The notes: a model not told the origin generated them from the sequence alone. A stretch of 64,000 bases of DNA from the human T2T-CHM13v2.0 reference genome, Homo sapiens (GCF_009914755.1 NC_060927.1), one strand, 5' to 3'. Positions 12,141-28,187 are shown, counted from the first letter of the stretch. Translations and numbers: made by a program.

Positions 12141-12948
12141 GGGGTAGGCTAAGAGCTGGAGGCTGGAGCCTTGGAGAGCAATAAGAATCTCCTTAGAGTC
12201 AAGTGGTTTGTGGTAAAGAAAGAGGGTGGATTTAGCTCTCTATATAGGAAACTAAGACAAAAATGTCTTACACAATTATGAGTCTGGGGTTGGAAGAAAG
12301 GAAATTTGGTGGGACTGCAGCCTGAAGTATCCATCCAAAGGATAGAAATCTCACCAGTAACCACGTGCCTTGTACAATAGCACTGTTTGCAAACCCTTGC
12401 CACAGACAGCATCTTGTAAACCTCGAGACCTCAGGAAACCTTCGTACCCCCCATACCTCTAGCCCCTCTTGAGATTCCAAGGCCCAGGGGTGCCTCCAGC
12501 CTCATTTATCCCTGGGACTTCAGCAAACTACACTACCCAACTATGTCACCAGATGAGAGCAGAAAAGTCTGAACCTCCTTCCCTAGACTTGTGCAGAGAG
12601 GGAGAGCCTGCCAGAAAAAGGGTCACAGAAGAGCCATCTCAGCCATATTGCTTTGAGATGTCAGTAGGATATATGTGTATCCCCTTCCTTCTCCCACAGT
12701 AAGGAGTCTCACAGAGCCAGAAGGTGGAGATGGGGGGAAGGCAGTCTGAAGGGGTGGATACTAAAGAATTTGGAAGTCATCTGCAGAGAGACAATTTTTT
12801 GAAGATATCCAAAAAAGAGAAAAGATAGTGAAGTTTGGGGGCTTCAGAGAGAAACTTCATATTCAGATTTACAAGTGGCTAAAAGAGGCACAGGTGGGAG
12901 CTGAAGGAGGTGGCAGGTAGGTGCTGGTTTAAGGGATCTACTTCCATT

Positions 12949-13478
12949 TATAGAAAATAAAAAAGTATTATCTTTTCCTCATCCAATGTAAGGTTCATGG
13001 CTGACGCCTCTATAACAAAAGACGGATTTTAGAGAAAAGACAGAAATACAGAAAAGCATAACAAATTTATTTAGCCAAAGCTTTACATGACGGGAAACTT
13101 CAGAAATGAAGACCCAAAAATTCAGGGAAAACTTTATTTTTATGCTAGAACTTGATAAGGAATGAACAGTCTTGCAGAAGTGTGATTGGACAAAAGGGGG
13201 TATGATCTAATGGTACAAAGCTGGGAGAACTTAGGCCTGTTTTTTCAGATTCTTCTTGACATCTCTGTATCTCCATTCCTTTCTGCCAAGTATATGGCAG
13301 GACATTTGCCATATGAGGGTCTTATGACCTACTTTCAGGAGAGTTGGTAAGAGAATTGTTTTATGGCTGGCCCTCTCTTCTTAGAAAGGCAGAAGATCAG
13401 AGAATTAACTTCTTACCTCTGTGATTTTCTCCATTTCCAAGGTGCCGTGTTTTGGAGTAGTGTGTCCTGTACCTGTCA
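12949..13478 (-). mobile_element. ERV1 solo LTR (MER34/MER39/LTR29 group)
   Basis: Reverse complement starts tgacaggtacaggacacactactccaaaacacggcaccttgg; about 530 bp; flanks catt/cctt. Confidence 0.65.
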
Positions 13479-13580
13479 CCTTTAACAAACAATTATTGAG
13501 CACCTACTGGGTGCCAGATACTCCACCAGGCTCTGAGAGGACAGAAATGCATAAGACACAATTCCTGCTCTCAAGGAGGC
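13479..13580 (-). mobile_element. L2 3' end
   Basis: ttaacaaacaattattgagcacctactgggtgccag...aagacacaattcctgctctcaaggag. Confidence 0.75.
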
Positions 13581-13753
13581 CTTTCAAAAAGAAGAGAGTA
13601 GAAAAAATTCACACATTTCCCCCATTCCAAAATGACATCTGAAGAAAGGAAAAGAAAAAGGTAACTCCCACTGTGTCTGTAAACATTTGATTCAAATTTG
13701 AGATTTGGGGTTCAGCAATCAGCTGAACCTCTCCCTCTCCTTTACGTGCACGT

Positions 13754-13758
<5 letters not shown>

Positions 13759-13788
<30 letters not shown>
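13759..13788. repeat. (CA)15 microsatellite
   Basis: Directly visible. Confidence 0.97.
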
Positions 13789-13789
<1 letters not shown>

Positions 13790-14962
13790 TCTGTAGCATG
13801 TGTGTCCTCATCCAGCTGACTAGCGAAGGATAGGCCTAGTTGTTGCTGGCCCTGCCTGTGCTACAATTTTGATCAGACAGGTATTAGAAGTTAATTTCAG
13901 AAAAAAATCATAGCAGTTTCTGGCACATAAGCCAACTTCAACCTAACCTTTCGATGAGGTAAGGGTAAAGGAATCTGATAAACACATTTAATTTCCTGTG
14001 AAATGAACAGGGGTTTAGAAACTAAGAGGGAAGTGGGATTTAGACAAATACATTTTGGGTTTTATCTCACAGGACACATAAAACCCTTTTGTTCCATTTG
14101 TCATAGTTCCAGGCCCACCGGGTCTCTCCTACCCTTGACATGCACCTCCTTTACCTATCTAAGCCTCAACTTCCCAGGGTCTCCCTCTGAACTTTCCCCT
14201 TCCTAGGGGAAAGAAGGCAAAGCAACATTGTTGTGATGTGATGTCCAGGACTGGGGTCACATGGCCCCCTCCAGATCTGTCCCAGTGGTCACTTTCCCAG
14301 GTTCCTGTCTGACTTTCACATTTTGTCTAAATGTGATACAATTATTTCTGGGGCAGAAAGGAGACTCTAAAAGGGGCCCTTTGGTTACTCTCCATGCACC
14401 GCCCCCCCAGGGTCCTGAGACCTGTTCACTTGATCCCAGAAGGAAGAAACGAGCTCTTATTCCCTCTCAGACCTCTGCTGATACTTGTTTTTCAGCTAAG
14501 TTCAAGACAGCCAAATGAATTTTTCAGAGAGACCACAGCTGGCTTGTCAGGACCCAGGTAACAAGATGAAAATAATTGAGAGAGGAAAAATCCCAGAGCC
14601 CCTCAGGTGTCATTTTCACAAAGTTTTCTTCTGGGTATCCTTATGCGTTCCGAGTTATTCATTGGTTCTCTTCTGTTGTCCTCACTGGCAATTTTCCTCT
14701 GCCTCTTCTTCTTTCTCTACAGTTTTCCAAAAAGCATAAGCTATGTGTCCCTGATCCTGAGCAAAGTTGATGTGAAACCTTGTTTTTTTTTGTTTTTTGG
14801 TTTTTTTTTAGAACATTTCATAGACAAAACAACCCCGCTGCAGCTGGAGGCTGCTGGGATTTCTGTGCCTTGTTTTAATGCATGGGACCTTTCATGAAAT
14901 CTGGGGCAGTTAATGGAGGTGGGGTGGAAAAGAGAAGAGGAGGAGGGGGAAGAGAGGCATGA

Positions 14963-15330
<368 letters not shown>

Positions 15331-15539
15331 GAGACTGTTAAGATTTTATTGCCCTAGTACCAGCAGTTATGATGTTCTATAGAACTTATAGCTGAGCCCA
15401 TGCCAGGGATTCCCCAGCTCACTGAAGCTGGAAGGAAGCCAACTGGACTGCCGAGTTCACTTTAGGAAGAGAGAGGGAGTTAACTTAAAGTAGGAGGTGG
15501 GTTGGAGGAAGGATAGAAGCCCAGAAAGTAAGTAAGGCA

Positions 15540-15790
15540 TTGTAAAGTCACACCTTAGGCTCTGCAGTCAGACAGAGCTGGCTGTGGGTGACTTTCCGAT
15601 ATTTACTAGCTTAGGATATTAAGCAAGTGCTTTAATCACGCCAAGACTCAGTTTTCCCATCTGTGAACTGGAGGTCATAATAGTACTTGCCTTGTTGGAT
15701 TGTTGTGAGGATTCGATGAGATAAAGTCTGAAAAGAATTTAGCACAGTGTCTGGTTCACAGTAAAAGTTAAATCAATATTATTTTCTATT
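15540..15790 (+). mobile_element. MIR
   Basis: ggctctgcagtcagacagagctgg...ctcagttttcccatctgtgaa...ttgttgtgaggattcgatgagataa. Confidence 0.8.
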
Positions 15791-16649
15791 ATCATAATTA
15801 TAAATAATGGCATGAGCAAAGGAGAGGCTGCGAGTAGAGTTCGCACTTTCCCTCCCTAAGTGTCAGTGCGTCTGGAGAGAAGACAAACATTCTTACATAT
15901 AAACAGTCCCTTCCGTGTGACTCTCTCATCCAAGCCTGCTGCATACCTTGGGTGTGAGGGCAAAGAGTAGTAAAAAGGAAGAAAAATGGAAGAAGAAAGA
16001 AGAGACCACAAAAGCAGAAGAGATTCACCGGGGGTGAGGGGCACCAGGGCAGCAGGGTGGGGGCAGGAATGATTGGAAAAAGACATGCAAAAGACAACCA
16101 CGTGAAAGAAATGAATATGGATATGGAAATTGTCAAAAATGGAAAGAAGTTTTGCAGCTGGATGTGGACAGAGCAGGAAATGTGGAGGAGAGGTGTAGGA
16201 GTCTAAAAATGTACAGGGTTTAGTTTGCCGGCCAACACCTCCTCTGGGGAGGTAACAACTCCTGAAAGCCATGAACTTTTAAAAAGGAACCTAAACAGCA
16301 CAGCAAACCTTCCTGAAGAACATATAACCTCACTGTGTACTTTTTGTCAGCCTCAATTCCTTCCCCACAACTCTCACTGAGCCATTGATCAGTGACTCAC
16401 CCTTATCTCCCACGATCTCACACTCCGCTGTAACCCTAAAGAAAACTCTGCTCCTTAAGGTAATCCTTGACACTGTGCTGTGCAGGCCTCTGCTGCAAAG
16501 GGTAGGGGCAAAATTACACCATGCCTGGAGCTTAGTAAGTGCTCCAGGCATGGGGTAATTCAACAAACAATGTTGGTTGAATGAACAGAGGGATGAATGG
16601 TGTGGTATACTTGAGGCAAGCCTACATGCAAGTCAACAAGACTGCTCAT

Positions 16650-16891
16650 TGGATCACTTGAGCCCAGGAGTTTGAAATCAGCCTGGGCAATATAGTAAGA
16701 CCTTGTCTCTACAAAAAAAAAAAAAAAAAAAAAAAAAATTAGCCGGGTGTGGTGGCACATGCCTGTAGTCCCAGCTACTTGGGAGGCAGAGGTGGGAGGA
16801 TCCCTTGAGCCCAGTAGTTCAAGGCTGCAGTAAGCTATGATAGTGCCACTGCCCTCCAGCCTGGGAGACAGTGAGACTGTCTCAAAAAAGA
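16650..16891 (+). mobile_element. 5'-truncated AluJ
   Basis: ggatcacttgagcccaggagtttg...; perfect TSD aagactgctcat at 16638 and 16892. Confidence 0.93.
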
Positions 16892-17055
16892 AAGACTGCT
16901 CATGGGGACAGGATTTCTTTCTGGGGGAAAGAAATGTCCTGGAATTAGATAGTGGTGATGGTTGTACAATTTTCTGAATGTATTAAAACCCACTAAACTG
17001 TACAATTTAAAACGGTAAAACAGTATGTGAATTGTATCCCAATAACTTTAAAAAG
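16892..17055 (+). mobile_element. L1M (MB/ME) 3' end
   Basis: tttctttctggggg..gaaatgtcctggaattagatagtggtgatggttgtacaa...gtatgtgaattgtatcccaataa. Confidence 0.8.
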
Positions 17056-17119
17056 CACAAACTATAGCCAGGGAGAAGCAAACAGTCATGACTAGTACCT
17101 CTCTTCCAATTGCACTCTT

Positions 17120-17232
17120 TTTTTTTTGCTTTGTTTTCCCCCCGTAAGTTATTGGAGTACAGGTGGTATCTGTTTAAGTGAGCAAGTTCTTTAGTGGCAA
17201 TTTGTGAGATTTTGGTGCACCCATCACCCAAG
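17120..17232 (-). mobile_element. Highly 5'-truncated L1PB-type 3' end
   Basis: taagttattggagtacaggtggtat...gagattttggtgcacccatcacccaag; TSD tgcactctt at 17111 and 17233. Confidence 0.85.
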
Positions 17233-17718
17233 TGCACTCTTGACACCGGGTTCTCTTCTCATCCTTTTGCTTCTTCTCAGGACATAGTGATTATCTTTAA
17301 AAGCCTTTCTCATGTGGTTTTTGTTTGTTTGTTTTTGGATTTTCAAGTGTTCTGGAAATCTCAGTGGGACCAACGATGGTTAGATCTCGTAGTAATAAAG
17401 TGACTATGTAAGAGAAGCTCAGTTCTTTCTTGAACATTTCTCTAGGACCTGTGCTAACTTTTCAAGCTTGAACAGTCCTCAAGATAAAGATTCACTTTCA
17501 TAGCGAGCGTCTTTCACATGGCCCCAGCCACCTGAGGCTCGGCATCAAAGAAATTTTTTAGGAAATCTATTGCCTAACTATCATGTCTCTTAGCCTTATA
17601 GTGCCCTTATGGAACACCTTATCTTCCCTGATAGTCAAGAGCATTTAAATGAACAGAAACGGTTTCCCAGATGGGATGGAGAGGAAGAACACAGTGTAGC
17701 AATAGATTCTCCCGGGAT

Positions 17719-17890
17719 TTTTTTGTTTTTGTTTTTGGTTTTGGCTTATTGTTGTTGTTGTGTGTGTGTGTTTGAGTCAGTGTCTTGTTCTGTCACCCAG
17801 GTTGGAGTGCAGTGACATGATTTTAGCCCTCTGTAACCTTGAACTCCTGGGCTCAAGTGATCCTTCCACCTCAGCCTCCTGAGTAGCGGT
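17719..17890 (-). mobile_element. Old Alu monomer or AluJ fragment
   Basis: gtcttgttctgtcacccaggttggagtgcagtg...aactcctgggctcaagtgatcc. Confidence 0.85.
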
Positions 17891-20120
17891 ATCATTGCGG
17901 CCAGCTCTCCTTTTCCTTTAACTTTCCTGTTTAGTCACAACCTGCCTTCTTATACATACCTATAAACACATGGACATCAATATTAAAAAATGTTGTTTTC
18001 TATGGACTTAAGTTTGGTGAGATTGTGTGGTTAACAGAGCAATTCGCTAAGGATTTTGTGTGGAGCTTACTTCACTTGCCTGCTTAACACTGGCAAAAGA
18101 AACTCCTGAATCTTTTAACATCGTTTAATACGTCAGTAACAGACCGTTTAGACAAATAGGATTTTAGATTTGGGGGCTGGAATCTGCTATATTCCTGTAC
18201 AATAAAAAGGAAATGAGTCCATACATGTCTGCAAACTAAGGTTTGGGGCAAATTCTGAGTCTCCAAGAAAAATTGGGAAAAGCAGGCTATTCATATTCAT
18301 ATTCCTTCTTCAGCATTCTATACATGCAGAATAAAACCGTGAAAAAGTGGAATGCTACCTATTCAAACTTAATTTTGTGCCTAAAAAGAAGTTTAAATAT
18401 TCACTCATTCAGGGACTTTATTTGAACTGAGAAACAGAAAGTTCATTTATTGCCTCAGGAGCTTCTGAAAAATCCCATCCAGTCATTCATTCTGTGTAAC
18501 TTGTTACAACCCACTGAGAATCTCAGTTACTGAACTAAAAAGTGAGTTTTTATCTCTAAGGCCTACTATTCCTATATTTTTGCCATGATGTCATCATCAG
18601 CCAACCAGGGCCTCAAAAGCTCATAAGTTAGCAGTGCTATCAACTGAATTGCTTGGCAGCATCATGAGGTGGGGAATTTGTTTAAAAGCCCCTTTAGGCT
18701 TTGAAAATTATTGAAGAAAAGCTTTTAGAACCTTTTTTTTTTTTTTTTTTTTTTTTTTGCCTTTGAGGATCCCCTACCTGTTCAAGGACACCAGGTTGGG
18801 AAACACTGACCATGTAATCTGTGAGGCCCTTCCCAGCTTTAAGAGTCTCTGAGTCTGGAAAAAGGAGGCAAATGAGTAAATCATGAGTTACCTGGATATG
18901 CCCCTTCTTCCAGAAGGCCCTGCCGATTCTCCCTGAAAAGTAGAGTTGCTCCCCGGCGGGATTGCCCCCTCAGAACCAGCTATGACTGTCCTCATTGGGG
19001 AAAACAATGCAAAACCTTCAAAACTAAAACAAATAGTCATTATTTGGATTTAAATCCTAGTTGTTTAATTTCCCCGAATGTCTTTAGTCTGGAAATTTAA
19101 GGAAAACAACTTTTCCTTAGTTACGTCCAATGACACTTTGTAAATATAGGAGATGAACAGAAACATCCTTTTTTACTGTGCCCCAGATAATTAATGATAA
19201 AACTCTTGAGCTCAGAGAGACCCTAGAGAGTCCTTACCCAGTGGGAAACAGCCATTCTGCTGAAATGTAAGAGCAAAGCAAAGGAAAGGAGACAAAGAAG
19301 ACTTCTAGAAACCTGGAGATTCTAGGGCTTCTTTCCCAATCCCTGTTCCCTTGTAAAGGGGCCGAGGCCTAGACTCCATACGCATCCTCTCTCTCTTATA
19401 CCTCTTAATGACATGTATTTCTAGATACTGTGGGTTTCTAGACACTGTGGGTGGCAACCTTTTGTTTTTTAAATCTCCCTTGGTGCAGAGAATCCAGAAT
19501 AGTGTTCTTTGCTGGGAAAAAAATGACATCAATGTCAGTAGCCTTTCTCATGGTGGCCACATGGTCACAGGGCTGCCTCTGCAGGCAGAAAGCTTGCAAT
19601 GTGACTAACTTTGTCCACTTTTATTAAAATGTTTACTTTGCCAATGTCTGACTTCTAAAGATCAAGATCTTTTTTTTTCCTCAAGCCTAGGGTTCATCAC
19701 TCATTTTGGAAAGGGGAGAGTTCCTCGCTATATTCGTTAGTGGTCTAATGGAGTCCCTAAGAAGATTTTATACTTCTCTTTGGAATCAAAAAAGAGGACA
19801 TTATTGAAAGCCATAATTTGTATACTTTTCACTGCACCCCATCAGTCCTCATTCTTCCTTCCCAGAGCACCTTATGCAGAGTAGTGCCCTTTTCTTGATG
19901 TTCCTTCAAGAAAGTGCTTCCTGTTTTCAGGAAGAATGTGTTCTTCTCTTCAGCAATGGATGAGCTTCTTCCGGGGAAGTTGACCCATTTCCTGATGGCC
20001 CCCAGCAGAGTCTTTGCTTGGATGTTATTTGCTTCTTGGATTGATTTTGTATTGCTCCTCCAGAGAAATTGGAAAACCATCCAAAAAACTTTTAGAAATG
20101 TAGTATTTCTAGAAATACTA

Positions 20121-20543
<423 letters not shown>

Positions 20544-21059
20544 CAAATGATCAAGCAGATTTCCGGTGTCAGAAAAGCAAAAGACTGCTATTGTTTTCCA
20601 TATTTATTGACTCTTGAACATGAAGCAAACTTAAGTTTACCTGTATTTTAAGGAAGTAAACCATGTTGAGAACATTAAGGCTTTCTCTTTAACTCCTATG
20701 CTGGGCAGCACCTTCAAATACAAAGATGAAGAGTGGGAACAACTTGCAAACCCTCCTTCATGCTGTGGCTTATGCCTGGGTGATCTTGGCTAGTGCTCAC
20801 CACAGACCCTCGGAGTGGGTGTTATTAACATTATATATGCCTTCTCACTTTTTCAACCCACAGTGGCTCCTAGTTAACCCTTGATTATCTTTGTTTCATG
20901 CTAAGCTCCTCCATTTGTTTGCTTAGTCGCTCTTATTCCCATACGCCATTCCCATTTCATCTCCACAACCCCTGTGCAAGGTATTTAAGGTGTATTTGAA
21001 TGTGTTCTTGCAAAATATATTATTCTGTGCACATGTATTTCCATTTATATAAATGTATT

Positions 21060-21207
21060 TTAACACATTTTTTCACATTTAAATCTCTGAAGTCAGGATT
21101 CATCTTACAATAAATGGTATGCCACCATTTAATTGGCAGAGCTTTTTTTCTTTTTTATTGATAGTCCATTGAACAATAGGTGGTATTTAGATTTGATGAA
21201 ATATGGT
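21060..21207. mobile_element. MER104-like Tc2 DNA transposon within an old L1M fragment
   Basis: cacattttttcacatttaaatctctgaagtcaggattcatcttacaat...tagatttgatgaaatatgg. Confidence 0.6.
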
Positions 21208-21762
21208 CTATATCACACCCTAGCCTTACTTTTCTTCCCCCTGGAGTACCAGTTTAAGGCCATGCATGCTTCATGTACTCATCTCATCTGTCACTTCTCA
21301 CTGCTGCTTAGCCCTCCAGGGTGGACTTTCTGTCCACTCCCAAAGCCCGCCAGGTTGGCCCTTACTCCTTGAAACCACAAACAACACTGCTTGTACTATC
21401 CCCTATGGAACACTGTAAGCATTTCACAGGGCTATAATATCTAGGATTGAAATCAGGGGGTCATATGATTTGTAAATATTAATTTGACTAAGTAGAGCCA
21501 GATTGCTCTCCAGAACGGCTGCGCTATCTATATTCCCACCAGTGGTACATGAGGGTCCTATGTGCCCACATCTCTGCCAGCAGTTGGCATTATCCAACAT
21601 GTAAAATCCTCATTTTAAATGTGAGAAAAGAGATTGTGCTGGTGAACTCTATTCCCTTTTATCAAGAAGAACGTGATGTAGATGTATCTAGTGGTACCAG
21701 AGCCTGGACTACACCAAGGTACTTGATTGAGCCAGTAGCCAGATACATGAACTGTGGTTTCT

Positions 21763-22112
<350 letters not shown>

Positions 22113-23134
22113 TGTGATTTCTAAATTTATGTTTCTTCCACCAACTAAGAATGTCCCTTGGCTTCTCTGGGCATCAGTGTTCTCATTCCTTAATTAGAGG
22201 GGTAGCATTTGATGACATCCAGGGCTCTTTTCCAAATCTCTAATTCTCCAGCTCTGAACTCTCTTTAGTCCATCAATAGCAGTTGTTTCTGACGGCATCT
22301 AAGTGCCTTTGTGGGCTTCAAGATGTTGGAAAGGAAGGGCTTTCTGGTTGTACCTTTCCATCTAAGCGACAAGAGAACCTAATGAATAATAAAGCACTCA
22401 CATTTAACGTTTTCACCTTTCATATGAGCCTTCTCTCTCAATCTTCCCCACCCTCAATGGAGTCAAGGGCCAGAAATAAAAGACAAAGTATTTAGTGTAC
22501 TTTTGCAAAGCTCAAGGGCCTAGATCTGGCCTTGTTCCAGTCTGAAAAGTGTTATTTCTGTTCTGGTGAGGGATGGATTGTATCATTTCACTAAAGGCAA
22601 AATCTAGGAAATAAAGGAAATGACATCACCCAAGCAGGGAGAAGCCAAATATCTATCCTTAGTCATTTCTTGAAAAGGGATGGAGAGCTGAGATATGACG
22701 TTGGTAAAGCTTTGAGGAATTTATGGCTAAAATGCTCCCTCTTCACTTATTTTTCTCTTCATTGGATGAGGATCTGCAGACTTTGCTGGCTTACAACCAG
22801 CAGTCTGAAAGGATCATTGGTGCATGTTTGTATATTCCAGCCTCATAGGGATTCACTTCTGACAGTTCCCTAAGAAAGAGGAGCCCTTCTTAGGCCTCAC
22901 AGATGAGAGTTTGGCAATTGGTTTCCACCAGGAATCTCCAGATTCAACCTTATTAGCCCTTTCCCATGTCACCTTCTTGTCAGGTTTCCAAATCTCAGAG
23001 ACCTGGAGAGGCTGTATTTCTGGCCAAGTGTCAACTTCCTCTCATCAAGAAGAAAATACATCACTTGCTACAGAGGGAAATTCCAGGGTGAGATGTCTTG
23101 GGTCCTAGTCTCTAGTCCACAGAGCTGGTGCATC

Positions 23135-23135
<1 letters not shown>

Positions 23136-23172
<37 letters not shown>
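23136..23172. repeat. (CT)n microsatellite
   Basis: Directly visible. Confidence 0.95.
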
Positions 23173-23173
<1 letters not shown>

Positions 23174-23255
23174 CTGATCCCTTAGAGTTCTTATAGTTCC
23201 ATTCTGAATACCCAGTATACCTCTGTCTATCCTGGCATTTTAATGGGTAGGGTAG

Positions 23256-24469
<1,214 letters not shown>

Positions 24470-25194
24470 TAGAGCTCTTTTTTAGATTTAGAAATTGTAG
24501 ATAAGAGACTATAGACTTAATTAATGAAAAAAGCATGCTAAGCCTTCGGCACAAGAAAGTTATAGCTTCAAATCCCATCAGTCTGATTTGAGGGCAGTTG
24601 CTTAACTGCTCTGAAGTTCAGTTTTCTCATTTGCAAAAAAAACAAAAACAAACAGACAAAACCAGGTTATTTTTACTACCTTGCAGTGTTACTTAGAAAA
24701 TGAAAAGAAACATTGTGTGCGTAGCACCTGACATCAGGTAAGTAAAAATAAAAAAGGTATTTATTATTTTTAGGATATGTGGAGATATGCAACGATGAAG
24801 AAAAATGAAATATTGAGAGAAACAAGAAACTTAGATTGGATGAGGTGGATCAGCTATAGTGGAAAACCTTATCTTCAGTGTGAGAAGCAGTGGGGGGAAA
24901 AAAGTCTGAAGGATGAAAACTTGTTAATGAGCTAGGTGGGTTCCAGGGAAGGAACATGGCACCTTGGAGCTGAAGAATGGGCAAAAAGTTCGGCTAGAAA
25001 AGGTTGAGAACCAGCATGTTTACCTGCCTATTGCGTTTGTAAAGAACTAGTCAATGATAGCATCAAGTGAATTTTTCTGACATGACCATCTGATTTTTAT
25101 TCACCTGGGTATATAATTAATTGCACTTTGAACCAAGTGACTAAATTCATGTTGCACCAAAGCCCCTAAGCAGAAATGAGAAATACATTACAAC

Positions 25195-25440
25195 AGCTGC
25201 TACTTAGCGCATGCTTCCCTGAAGAGCCAGGCACTGCGCTAAGCCATTTTACGTTCATTCCCTCCTTCAATTCTCACAATGCTATGAGGTATGTATTGTT
25301 TTCCCCATTCTATAGGTGAGGAAACTGAGGCTCAGAGAGGTTAAATGATTGCCAAAGGTCACATAGGTAGTGAGTGGCAGAGCTGGAATTCACTTCAAAG
25401 TCTGATTGGCTGCAAGAACCATGTTCTTAACCACTGCCAT
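25195..25440 (-). mobile_element. MIR
   Basis: ccccattctataggtgaggaaactgaggctcagagaggttaaatgattgccaaaggtcaca. Confidence 0.9.
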
Positions 25441-25634
25441 ATGCTTATCTCCTGCTGGTGAACAAGAAATGTCAGTCATTGGTTTTATATGCGAAATCCC
25501 TAATCTCTCAAATATTGGAAATGGAAGGCTACCACAGTGGAATGTTTGTGGGAAAGATCTTGAGCCCCTTCACCACAGTCCCTCTCTGAGCTGTGTCCTA
25601 GCCCCAGGCTGACATCCACCAGATACCACCAGCC

Positions 25635-25821
25635 CAGGGCCAGGACCCCACAATCCTTTTAAGGGCCCATAAACATGTTTTAACTTATCATAAAATCAAA
25701 AGAAAAAATGATGAATATAATTTATACCAATGGAGTTATAAAAGATAATTTTTAATACTTTTTTATGGTGAAAGGTGTGCACAAGGGCAAAAGTACCTAA
25801 GGCCCATGAAATGCAGCCCTG
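25635..25821. mobile_element. hAT-Tip100-type non-autonomous element
   Basis: Inverted termini cagggc...gccctg around an AT-rich core with gggccca motifs. Confidence 0.5.
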
Positions 25822-26159
25822 CCTGTTTTCTCAAATAATCCAGAAAGTGTGTGGTGTGTAACTGTTATCCTTGCATAGCATAGGCTCCTCTATCATTCAT
25901 TTGGGGGGTTATATCATCCTAGAAACCCTTCAGTGGAAAACACACGCTTCTCTTGGCAGGCTGTTCTTTTTGGCTAACATAAAAGTTGATACAAATATGT
26001 CCAAATACTCAAATATACAAATGTGGACAGATATTTATGCCTCAAGACACACAAGCTAAACCCCAGAATAGTATACCCCTGATTGTCCACGGGCATAAAT
26101 TCACAAGCACCAGGGGTCAGCCCTAGGAACTTCAGTGCAAATATACTGGCCAACATGTA

Positions 26160-26161
26160 TG

Positions 26162-26201
<40 letters not shown>
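26160..26201. repeat. (CA)n microsatellite
   Basis: Directly visible. Confidence 0.97.
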
Positions 26202-26203
<2 letters not shown>

Positions 26204-26979
26204 ATTTCCCCCAACAATAAACAAACAGACAATGAGCCAAGAAGATCAAATTACCATCCCATGAACAGTTAAAAAGAGAAAAATCTCAGATTTGGAGCCT
26301 AATCTGCAGTAGGTAAATAAAGGGGTAAGAGTGAGTTGGAAAAGGGAGAATGCTTTGCAAATTGAACCGATGTACTTTTTTTTTTTCAAAGTCCAAGACC
26401 AGTTCTCCTTAATGATGGTTCCCAGAGATTCTCCAATTAGGCGTCCCCTGGTCTTTGAGGAGTCCAGATCTGCACAACTTGGCAATAGCATCAGATTTGA
26501 TCTTTTACGGCCCAGAGGCTTGAACTGGGAGTTGAGAGGAGGGGAGAAGGGGAGTGGGTAAAAGTTTTGTGAGGGCTGCATGGTTAAAAACAAGTTCAAA
26601 AACAGCTGAAAAGACAGGGAAGAAACGATCTCATTAACTGGACCCCTTTCACCTCTTTCCTTTCCCATTCCACCCACAATTCTCTTCCCTCCACAAAATG
26701 TACCCAGGCAAAACAGATGAAAGGAAAGAATTATCCACCCTATTCTCCAAAGCCAAGGGTTTTTATTTTGTTTTTGTTTTTGTTAATTGGGGGTAAAAAT
26801 GTGAGGCAACCTCTGGGCAAAACTACTTTTGAGTCCTGCCTGTTTGGAATCAAATCCCAAACCTATGCTGATAGGAAGATATATACTTACCTCAGCATGG
26901 TTTCTGTCATAGTTATTTGACTAGAATATTGAGAGATTTGCATGTTTTGGGCCAGAAAGATATAATACTGTCTTTTGAA

Positions 26980-27190
26980 ATAATAACCACAATAAGCGAT
27001 CATTGTGCCAGGCACTACGCTAAGTACATTATCTGCAATAATGCCATTTAATCCTCACAGCTTCATAAAGTAGGTGCTGTTATTGCAGAAACAGGATTTT
27101 ATAGAAAAGGAAACTGAAGCTTGGAGATGTTAAATAATTTACCCAAGTTATCACAGCTATTAAGTAGCTCAGATGCAATGTCACTCAGAT
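26980..27190 (-). mobile_element. MIR
   Basis: tgtgccaggcactacgctaag...atttaatcctcacag...ggaaactgaagcttggagatgttaaataatttacccaag. Confidence 0.85.
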
Positions 27191-27294
27191 GTGTTGTTGT
27201 ATAATTTACATTGTGGGTTTGTTCTATTATTCATCATTTAATTTTTTTCCAAGCTGTAACTACTAGAAATAATATATTTTTAAAATTGTACTTT

Positions 27295-27480
27295 AAAAAA
27301 ATTTTATTTTTAATTTTTGTGGGTATATAGTAGGTGTATATAAATATACACTGAGACACTTGATACAGGCACGCAATGGGTAATATTCACATCACGGTAA
27401 ATGGAGTATCCATCCCCTCAAGCATTTATTCTTTGTGTTACAAACAATCCAATCATACACTTTTTGTTTTTTAAAAATGT
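27295..27480 (-). mobile_element. L1MA 3' end
   Basis: ttttaatttttgtgggtatatagtaggtgtatat...gtaaatggagtatccatcccctcaagcatttattc. Confidence 0.85.
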
Positions 27481-28187
27481 GACAGTGTACTTTTTGTGCA
27501 AAAAGCTTTTATCTTATTTTTGATTATTTTCTTAGAATAAATTCATAATAGTAAGATGTCTAGATCAAAGGGCTTAAATATTTTTTGGTTCTCACAGTGT
27601 GGTACCAAATTGCACTTTCAAGGGCCTTTGCCAATTTACGCTGGGAATATCAATGTAAGAGTGATATATTTGTGTTATATCCTTTCAAATACTGTCATTT
27701 GAAGATGAGATTTTTCCACTCTCTGGTCACCATTCCACATTCAAAGGCAAGGGTTCTCAGGAATTCTGTTTCAGTGGCCAGGGGTATTCCAAGGCTATGA
27801 AGAAGCTGGATTATAATGGCCTATGCAAAGGTCCCATCTCCCATCTGTTAGCGAATCCCTTTAATTCTACCATTAGGTACTCTTCCTTTTGGCTTAAGGC
27901 TTAGAGTGTTTCTAAAATGCCCTCTGGAAGGTGTTACTTTAAAAAGGCTGTTGCTATTTATGGTCTCTTGTGAAGATGCAGGGACTACTAGGTTGTTTTG
28001 AGAAGAAAGGGAAGCCAGTGATTGGAGTTCTGGGTGGGAAGGGGGAAGGAAAGGGAGTCAGGGAGGGTTCAGAGCTAAGAGCAGGTCCTTTCCCTGTCCA
28101 TTTAGCCAATGTTTTTATTTTTCCTATTTTTCCTTTTCGGTGCCAGTGCATGGGAAAGTAGATTTCATTTATTCATTCACTCATTCC

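Noticed and set aside
15798-16272. Overlapping 112- and 138-aa hydrophobic ORFs on the minus strand
   Set aside because: They are a by-product of pyrimidine-rich low-complexity sequence that is depleted of stop codons.
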